This document shows positions 39,711 through 46,330 of a stretch of DNA of 64,000 nucleotides, piece by piece. Position 1 is the stretch's first letter. Every line of letters starts with the position of its first letter. The notes under the pieces were generated by a model. It did no database searches and was not told the origin of the DNA. It worked only from the letters and a program-made list of their open reading frames with translations. This DNA is from Desulfuromonadales bacterium. Lineage in GTDB: Bacteria > Desulfobacterota > Desulfuromonadia > Geobacterales > Pseudopelobacteraceae. Both the position numbers and the translations under genes were made by a program. Location of the stretch: positions 48,457-112,456 of the forward strand of contig JAENWA010000013.1 of the NCBI GenBank assembly GCA_016650295.1, read 5' to 3'.

Positions 39711-39731
39711 CCTTCAGCCTTCAGCCTTCAG
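39711..39731 (+). repeat. (CCTTCAG) x3, inverse complement of the GAAGGCT/GAAGGTT units
   Basis: CCTTCAGCCTTCAGCCTTCAG can pair with the upstream GAAGG(C/T)TGAAGG units to form a long imperfect hairpin within the 167-nt intercistronic gap. Confidence 0.9.
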
Positions 39732-39760
39732 TCTATAAGTAACATTGAGGATGGCCGATT

Positions 39761-40669
39761 ATGACTGATATCATCATACATTGCGCAGTGGCGCTGCTCT
39801 TCCCGCCCCTGCTGCTGGGGGTCATCGGCAAGACCAAGGCGGCCTTTGCCGGACGGGTCGGGGCGCCCTATTTCCAGCCTTATTACGACCTGATCAAACT
39901 CTTCCGCAAGGGTTCGGTCTTCAGCGAGACCACCAGCTGGGTCTTTCGGGCCGGTCCCGTGGTGACGCTGTCGGCAACGCTGATCGCCGGCCTGCTGATA
40001 CCGCTGGGGCACCATGACGCGCCGATATCCTTCAGCGGTGATCTGATCCTGTTTGCCTATCTTTTCGGGCTGTCACGCTTCTTCACGACCATCGCCGCCC
40101 TGGATACCGGTTCAAGCTTTGAAGGTATGGGAGCGGCCCGCGAGGTGACTTTTTCCTGCCTGGCTGAACCGACACTGTTTTTCACACTCATCACGCTGGC
40201 CAGGATCAGTAAGTCGCTTACTCTTTCGGACATTCTGACACACCCCACGCCCATGATCTGGCTTGCATCCGGAGCCAGCATGCTGCTGCTGGCCGGGGCG
40301 CTCTTTATCACCCTGCTGGCGGAAAACAGCCGCATCCCCTTTGATGACCCCAACACACACCTGGAATTGACCATGATCCATGAGGTCATGGTTCTTGATC
40401 ACAGCGGACCTGCCTTTGGGATCATTCTCTACGGCGCCGCCTTGAAACTGTTCGTTCTCGGGGCGGTGTTCGTCAATGTCGCCCTCCCCTTTGCCACCGG
40501 CAACGCTCTGCTGGACTGGGCAATCTTCATTGCTGCCATGCTTTCCCTGGCAATGACCATCGGCATTGTCGAGTCGGTCATGGCCAGATTGAGGATGACG
40601 CGTATCCCGCAGCTCCTGGTCGGTGCCACCATCCTGTCAGCCTTTGCCCTGATGCTGGTGTTAAGGTAA
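39761..40669 (+). CDS. Ehr complex subunit, HyfC/HycD/NuoH-like membrane subunit (EhrB-like)
   Basis: 302 aa and polytopic with NuoH/HycD-type motifs (YFQPYYDLIKLFRKG, IPFDDPNTHLELTMIHEVMVLDHSG). Confidence 0.85.
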   Translation: MTDIIIHCAVALLFPPLLLGVIGKTKAAFAGRVGAPYFQPYYDLIKLFRKGSVFSETTSWVFRAGPVVTLSATLIAGLLIPLGHHDAPISFSGDLILFAYLFGLSRFFTTIAALDTGSSFEGMGAAREVTFSCLAEPTLFFTLITLARISKSLTLSDILTHPTPMIWLASGASMLLLAGALFITLLAENSRIPFDDPNTHLELTMIHEVMVLDHSGPAFGIILYGAALKLFVLGAVFVNVALPFATGNALLDWAIFIAAMLSLAMTIGIVESVMARLRMTRIPQLLVGATILSAFALMLVLR

Positions 40670-40673
40670 CCAT

Positions 40674-41315
40674 ATGATATTATTAGCAGATCAACTATTA
40701 GTCCTGGTGATGCTGATCAATCTGGTCATGCTCGGAACGAGCCGACTGATCTTTTCCATCCGCGCCGTGGCTGTCCAGGGGGTCATTCTCGGCATCTTGC
40801 CCGGCTTGATTCACCCTTTTTCCGGTCACCTGGCCGGCATCACGGTCGGGATCATCCTGGCCAAAGGGATTATCATCCCGTACCTGATCAGCGATGCCGT
40901 CCGCAAGGCCCACATCAGGCGCGAAGTGGAGCCATTCCTCGGCTATGTGCCGACCCTGCTCCTGGGCGCCGTGTTCACCGCTCTTTCCTTTGCTTTTGCC
41001 GAACAATTGCCTCTCGCGCCTGAACACAAGGAACTTCTGTTTGTTCCGGCCTCCATCGCCACCCTCTTGACCGGCTTTCTGGTCCTCACAACACGGCGCA
41101 AGGCTATTTCCCAGGTCATCGGCTATCTGGTAATGGAAAACGGTATTTTCGTATTCGGACTATTGTTGAGCGAGGCTATGCCGGTCATGGTGGAGGCTGG
41201 TGCGCTGCTCGATCTTCTGGTGGGGATATTTGTCATGGGAATTGTCATCAACCATATCAGCCGGGAGTTTTCGTCCCTGGACACATCTCGTCTGCGGACT
41301 CTCAAGGAGGAGTAG
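40674..41315 (+). CDS. Ehr complex subunit, HyfE-like small membrane subunit (EhrC-like)
   Basis: 213 aa with about 6 TM helices and a HyfE-like block (ISQVIGYLVMENGIFVFGLLL). Confidence 0.75.
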   Translation: MILLADQLLVLVMLINLVMLGTSRLIFSIRAVAVQGVILGILPGLIHPFSGHLAGITVGIILAKGIIIPYLISDAVRKAHIRREVEPFLGYVPTLLLGAVFTALSFAFAEQLPLAPEHKELLFVPASIATLLTGFLVLTTRRKAISQVIGYLVMENGIFVFGLLLSEAMPVMVEAGALLDLLVGIFVMGIVINHISREFSSLDTSRLRTLKEE

Positions 41316-41319
41316 CAGC

Positions 41320-42756
41320 ATGTTGTATGCCCTTGTTCTGCTGCCCCTGCTGGGGGCGTTATGCGCCTGGATTGTACCGGACAACCGCTGGCGTCCCCTG
41401 GTTCTGCCGGTAATCGCTACAATCCATAGTATAGTGACGGCCATACTGTTGGGCAATGCACCGCCGCCTTCCCCCGCAGGATGGATCTGGCTCGACCCAC
41501 TGGGGAAGATCGTACTCTTGTGCATCAGTCTGCTGTTTGCAGTCTGCGCATTCTATGCGGTCGGTTACCTGTCTTACCGTCGGGAGCGTTCCAACCGGGT
41601 GCTCTGCATGGGACTGCTGGTCTGCCTGTCGGCCATGAGCATGGTGACCATGACCCAGCATCTGGGGCTGCTCTGGGTCGCCCTGGAGACGACCACCGTC
41701 TCGATGGCACCGCTGATCTACTTCAATCACAACGCCCGTTCCATCGAAGCGACCTGGAAGTACCTGCTGCTCTGTTCCGTGGGGATCGGTCTGGCTTTGC
41801 TCGGGCTGCTGTTCCTGGCCTACTCAACCTACGTGGCACATCATGATGCAACCCTGTTGCTTGGCCCGCTCATGTTTTCGGCCCGCGAGCTGAATCCGGC
41901 CTGGCTGCATGCGGCGACGATTTTCCTGCTGGTCGGCTATGGAACCAAGATGGGGCTGGCGCCATTGCATGCCTGGAAACCGGATGCCTACGGCGAAGCG
42001 CCGGGACTGGTGGGTGCGCTGCTGGCCGGCGGATTGGTCAACTGCGCCTTTCTGGCGATCCTGCGAGTTTACCAGATCTGCCTGGCATCCGGAACCGAGA
42101 TCCGTTTTTTTCAACAGGCCCTGCTCGGGATGGGACTGATCTCCATGGCCTTTGCCGCCGTTTTCATGGCCCGCCAGGCCGACTTCAAGAGGATGCTGGC
42201 CTATTCGAGCGTCGAACATGTGGGGATTCTCGCTATCGGCCTGGGGCTTGGCAAGGGCGCCCTGTACGGCGCGCTCTTTCACCTGCTGAATAACGGATTG
42301 ACCAAAGGGGTGCTGTTCCTTTCATCCGGCAACATTCACCGCTCCTATTCAAACAAGACGACCCACGTGGTCAAGGGAGCCCTGACGCGCCTGCCCTGGT
42401 CCGGAGGGCTCTTTCTGGCCGGTTTCATAGCCATCACCGGATCGCCGCCGTTCTCGCCGTTCATCAGCGAGTACACCATCGTCAGCAGCGCCTTTATCGA
42501 CGGGCATTATCTGGTAGGCGGGCTGTTTCTGCTCTTTCTGGTGGTTGTCTTCATCGGCATGGCCCTTACGGTACTGCCGATGGTCATGGGTGCCCCGCCG
42601 GCAAATATCGAACCGACCGACTACGAGGATCGCCTGTTGACGGTCGGGCCGCCGCTTTTCATGATGGCTTTAATCCTGCTGCTGGGGGTCTGGCCGCCGG
42701 AATTTCTGGTCACTTTACTCAAAGACGGCTCTGCCATGCTGGGGGTGCAACCGTGA
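41320..42756 (+). CDS. Ehr complex subunit, HyfF/NuoN/M-like antiporter subunit (EhrD-like)
   Basis: The ATG at 41320 (MLYALVLLPLLGA...) has an AGGAGG Shine-Dalgarno sequence at 41305-41310. The longer track ORF (from 41200) overlaps the upstream gene. Conserved block: GTKMGLAPLHAWKPDAYGEAP. Confidence 0.85.
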   Translation: MLYALVLLPLLGALCAWIVPDNRWRPLVLPVIATIHSIVTAILLGNAPPPSPAGWIWLDPLGKIVLLCISLLFAVCAFYAVGYLSYRRERSNRVLCMGLLVCLSAMSMVTMTQHLGLLWVALETTTVSMAPLIYFNHNARSIEATWKYLLLCSVGIGLALLGLLFLAYSTYVAHHDATLLLGPLMFSARELNPAWLHAATIFLLVGYGTKMGLAPLHAWKPDAYGEAPGLVGALLAGGLVNCAFLAILRVYQICLASGTEIRFFQQALLGMGLISMAFAAVFMARQADFKRMLAYSSVEHVGILAIGLGLGKGALYGALFHLLNNGLTKGVLFLSSGNIHRSYSNKTTHVVKGALTRLPWSGGLFLAGFIAITGSPPFSPFISEYTIVSSAFIDGHYLVGGLFLLFLVVVFIGMALTVLPMVMGAPPANIEPTDYEDRLLTVGPPLFMMALILLLGVWPPEFLVTLLKDGSAMLGVQP

Positions 42757-44273
42757 ACGGCTCCCTGCGCACCATATACAATGGTTCCTCTCTTCCGATG
42801 TCGGACATTCCGGCTGTCGATTCCAGCCAGTTTTTACAGAGCATTCTCGACCACGTAGATCGTGGCTGGCGCATAGTTTCGTACTTCGGGATTCCGGACC
42901 AGACCGGCATAACGCTGGTTTGTGTGCTTGCCGATCGGGGCGAGGGGCAGCTTGCCGTAACCCGTTCGGTTACGAGTGATGACCATTTCCCTTCCATCGC
43001 CTCACTCTGTACGCAGGTACAACTGTTTGAGCGAGAGATTGCCGAACAGTGCGGACTGATATTTGATGAGCATCCCTGGTTCAAGCCCCTGCGTTTCCAC
43101 CGTTCGTTCGTTCCCGGACGCGATGCCTGGAACCGGCCTGCGGACGAGCCTATCCGTGTGGGGGTCATGAACTATTTTCAGGTGACCGGCGACGAAGTGC
43201 ATGAAGTTGCCGTCGGCCCGGTGCATGCCGGGATTATCGAACCGGGGCATTTCCGTTTCCAGTGTCACGGAGAAGAGGTCTTTCATCTGGAAATTTCGCT
43301 TGGTTATCAGCACCGGGGGATAGAGGCAGCCCTGATGGGCGGGCCTCACCCACGCACCCTGCAGGTGCTGGAGACCGCCGCCGGAGACACCACTATCGGT
43401 CATGGCCAGGCCTACTGCATGATCATGGAGACATTATCCGGGATCAAGGTGCCGCCGCGGGCAGAGGTACTGCGCGGCATTGCGCTCGAACTGGAACGGC
43501 TGGCAAACCATACCGGCGACCTGGGGGCCATTGCAGGCGATGTCGGCTATCTCCCCACTGCATCCTTTTGCGGCCGGATCAGGGGAGATTTCCTCAACAT
43601 GACCGCTGCACTCTGCGGTAGCCGGTTTGGTCGGGGACTGCTCACCCCCGGCGGCACCGTCTTCGATATCACAACCAACCAGCGTGACGACCTGCTCAAG
43701 CGCCTGGCGGATGCCCGTCGTGACCTGACTGATGCCGTTGAGCTCCTCTGGAACTCGCCTTCGGTTATGGGACGACTGGAAGAAACCGGCGCTCTGACAA
43801 AAGAACAGGGGCTTGAACTGGGATTGGTAGGACCTGCCGCCCGGGCCTGCGGCATCAAACGGGATGTGCGCAATGATTATCCGTTCGGGATCTATCGCAT
43901 GACCCATCTGCCGGTTGCCACCGCCTTCCACGGAGACGTCTGCTCACGGACCATGATCAGATGGCAGGAAGCCCAGAAATCCATGGATTTCATCGAAGAA
44001 CAGCTACGGCAGATTCCCGGTGGAGGACATCGTGCCACATCGTCACGCAGCAGCGGCCTGCGGCTGGCGGTTGCCCTGACAGAGGGGTGGCGCGGGGAGA
44101 TATGTCACGTGGCGGTTACCGATGAAGCCGGTAAGTTTGCCCGTTACAAGATTGTTGACCCCTCCTTTCATAACTGGTCGGGAGTCGCCATGGCGCTCCG
44201 TGGGCAGCAGATATCCGATTTTCCGGTAATTAACAAGAGCTTCAATTTGTCCTATTGCGGGTTTGATTTATAA
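42753..44273 (+). CDS. NuoC-NuoD/HycE-like large subunit lacking the [NiFe] cysteine ligands (EhrL-like)
   Basis: 506 aa with HycE/NuoD blocks (VGPVHAGIIEPGHFRF, LGYQHRGIE). ETAAGDTTIGH replaces the RxCGxCxxxH motif. The C-terminus ...INKSFNLSYCGFDL lacks DPCxxC. Confidence 0.85.
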   Translation: MNGSLRTIYNGSSLPMSDIPAVDSSQFLQSILDHVDRGWRIVSYFGIPDQTGITLVCVLADRGEGQLAVTRSVTSDDHFPSIASLCTQVQLFEREIAEQCGLIFDEHPWFKPLRFHRSFVPGRDAWNRPADEPIRVGVMNYFQVTGDEVHEVAVGPVHAGIIEPGHFRFQCHGEEVFHLEISLGYQHRGIEAALMGGPHPRTLQVLETAAGDTTIGHGQAYCMIMETLSGIKVPPRAEVLRGIALELERLANHTGDLGAIAGDVGYLPTASFCGRIRGDFLNMTAALCGSRFGRGLLTPGGTVFDITTNQRDDLLKRLADARRDLTDAVELLWNSPSVMGRLEETGALTKEQGLELGLVGPAARACGIKRDVRNDYPFGIYRMTHLPVATAFHGDVCSRTMIRWQEAQKSMDFIEEQLRQIPGGGHRATSSRSSGLRLAVALTEGWRGEICHVAVTDEAGKFARYKIVDPSFHNWSGVAMALRGQQISDFPVINKSFNLSYCGFDL

Positions 44274-44280
44274 ACAGGTT

Positions 44281-44322
44281 GAAGGTTGAAGGTTGAGGGA
44301 TGAGGGTTGAGGGATGAGGAAA
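44281..44322 (+). repeat. second heptamer array: GAAGGTT x2, GAGGGAT, GAGGGTT, GAGGGAT, GAGGAAA
   Basis: Read directly from the sequence. It starts 8 nt after the large-subunit stop. A partial complementary CCTTCAG/CCTGTCA segment follows at 44364-44377. Confidence 0.9.
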
Positions 44323-44411
44323 TATCTTGAATTTGGTGGTCAAGTTGGGTTATCCCCTGACAGCCTTCAGCCTGTCAACCTGAGTAGTTATCAATACAAG
44401 GATAGTAACTC

Positions 44412-45161
44412 ATGATTCGTGCCATTATTTCCCGTTTCAAGCAAGGACATCGCACCATGCCCTATCCCGCAGCGCCGCCGCAGATGCCGGAACGGTTCCG
44501 CGGTTACCCGGATGCAGCATCGCTGGCCCGGGCCGCAGAGCATGGTGATGATGAATCGGCAGAATGTCCGTATGGCGCCTTTTCGGCTTCAAACGGGGGC
44601 TGTCTGGATCTGGGGAAATGCCTCTTCTGCGCCGAGTGCCCGGCCGGCAACATGGAATTCACCACGGATCACCGGCTGGCCGTGACAAAGAGGGAGCAAC
44701 TGCTCATAACGCCTGAGTCTGACCGCCAGCTGGCACAGCCGCTTCCTCCTGATCTGCGACGGATTTTCGGTCGCTCGCTCAAGTTCCGGGAGGTCAGCGC
44801 CGGCGGGTGCAATGCCTGTGAGGCCGATACCAACGTGCTGTCAACCATAGGCTGGGACTTGGGCCGCTTCGGCATTCAGTTCGTGGCCTCGCCCCGCCAC
44901 GCGGACGGACTCTGGGTAACCGGCCCGGTTACTCAAAACATGGTCCAGGCACTGCTTACGACCTATGAGGCGATTCCCTCCCCCAAGATCGTTGTCGCCT
45001 GTGGCGCCTGTGCCATCAACGGCGGGCCGTACATCGATTCGCCCCAGGTCTGCAACGGTGTGGACAGACTGATTCCGGTCGATCTCTACATCCCCGGCTG
45101 CCCGCCTCATCCGTTAACCATTCTTGACGGGCTGTTGCGCATTCTCGATAAAATCAGATGA
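44412..45161 (+). CDS. NuoB/HycG-like small subunit with an N-terminal Cys-containing extension (EhrS-like)
   Basis: 249 aa with NuoB-type cluster ligands (GGCNACE, ACGACAINGG, IPGCPPHP). The N-terminal about 90 aa carry a partial ferredoxin-like pattern (ECPYGAF...GKCLFCAECP). Confidence 0.8.
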   Translation: MIRAIISRFKQGHRTMPYPAAPPQMPERFRGYPDAASLARAAEHGDDESAECPYGAFSASNGGCLDLGKCLFCAECPAGNMEFTTDHRLAVTKREQLLITPESDRQLAQPLPPDLRRIFGRSLKFREVSAGGCNACEADTNVLSTIGWDLGRFGIQFVASPRHADGLWVTGPVTQNMVQALLTTYEAIPSPKIVVACGACAINGGPYIDSPQVCNGVDRLIPVDLYIPGCPPHPLTILDGLLRILDKIR

Positions 45162-45189
45162 TATCGCTCAATCCAAGAAAGGAGTCTTC

Positions 45190-46071
45190 ATGGATCCTGA
45201 ATTAAGCGAACAACTTAAAAGGGTTCTTGACTCTGTCGAAGCTCTGCTGCCGCAACGGGCAGGCAAGATCGACTGGAAAGAGTGCCATGCCGCCAACTGG
45301 CGGCGGCACTCCTTTGTCGGCTACCTTGACCCGGTGCCGGAAATCGAGGGGATACACCTGGACGATCTGCTCGGCATTGAAAAGCAGAAACAGATCCTGA
45401 TCCGGAACACCGCCCAGTTTCTCAATAAGTTTCCTGCCAACAATGTTCTGCTGTGGGGTACGCGCGGCACCGGTAAATCATCTCTGGTCCGCGCCCTCCT
45501 CAATCGTTATGCCCCGGAGGGCCTCAGGATCATCCAGGTAGACAAAGATGATCTGGTTCACCTGCCTGATATTGTTAATTCGATTAAACAGGAACCGTAC
45601 CGGTTTATAATCTTCTCCGATGACGTATCGTTTGAAGTTGGCGAGGTCGGTTACAAGATGCTCAAAAGTGCTCTGGATGGTTCCGTATATGCTCCGCCTG
45701 AGAACACGAGAATCTACGTCACGTCCAATCGGCGCCATCTGTTGCCGGAATACGAGACCGACAATCGCGGAGCTATGCTGGTCAAAAACGAGATTCATCA
45801 CGGTGAGGCGGCTGAAGAAAAGATCTCGCTCTCCGGCAGGTTTGGTCTTTGGATCGGTTTCCACCCTTTTTCTCAGGATCAGTATGTCGAGGTTGTCCGG
45901 CAGTGGGTTGTGAAACTTTCCCAACAGTATAATATTGCTCCCGTCTGGGATGACAACGGAGAAAAGGCCGCCATAGAGTGGGCCTACAGCAAGGGAGACA
46001 ACAGTGGTCGCATTGCCTATCAATTTGCTACCGACTGGGTAGGAGCTACACTGCTAAGGCAGCAGATGTAG
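45190..46071 (+). CDS. DUF815-family AAA-type ATP-binding protein
   Basis: The ATG at 45190 has an AAAGGAG Shine-Dalgarno sequence. Walker A is GTRGTGKSSLV and Walker B-like is FIIFSDD. The overall pattern is typical of DUF815 proteins. Confidence 0.75.
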   Translation: MDPELSEQLKRVLDSVEALLPQRAGKIDWKECHAANWRRHSFVGYLDPVPEIEGIHLDDLLGIEKQKQILIRNTAQFLNKFPANNVLLWGTRGTGKSSLVRALLNRYAPEGLRIIQVDKDDLVHLPDIVNSIKQEPYRFIIFSDDVSFEVGEVGYKMLKSALDGSVYAPPENTRIYVTSNRRHLLPEYETDNRGAMLVKNEIHHGEAAEEKISLSGRFGLWIGFHPFSQDQYVEVVRQWVVKLSQQYNIAPVWDDNGEKAAIEWAYSKGDNSGRIAYQFATDWVGATLLRQQM

Positions 46072-46330
46072 AACGTTCAAAGTATGCAGGACATAAGTAT
46101 CAATGCTGGAAACGGCCCAATCCTTACCAATTCATGCCCCATCAGATGTTGAGCATTGTAAGAACACCTCTTTCGTCTTCTCGGGAAAAACTCGAAGCAA
46201 TCTGCTGAACACGGGCTGTCAGAGCCCAGGGAAGGGGTTCTTTGCGGCGTTGACAGGTGGGAGCCGGCGGGGTAAGGTGAAGCGTTTTTTATAGTATGTT
46301 GAAACTAATAGCTCATCAGGAGCGGCCCGA

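Noticed and set aside
39595-39731. The repeat array might be a CRISPR-like array.
   Set aside because: The units are 7 nt and directly tandem with no spacers, and there are no cas genes. It is a microsatellite-type heptamer array, not CRISPR.
42753-44273. Calling this gene a catalytic [NiFe] hydrogenase large subunit (HycE/HyfG).
   Set aside because: Both cysteine-pair ligand motifs are absent (ETAAGDTTIGH instead of RxCGxCxxxH, and no C-terminal DPCxxC). It is therefore called hydrogenase-related (Ehr/NuoD-like) instead.
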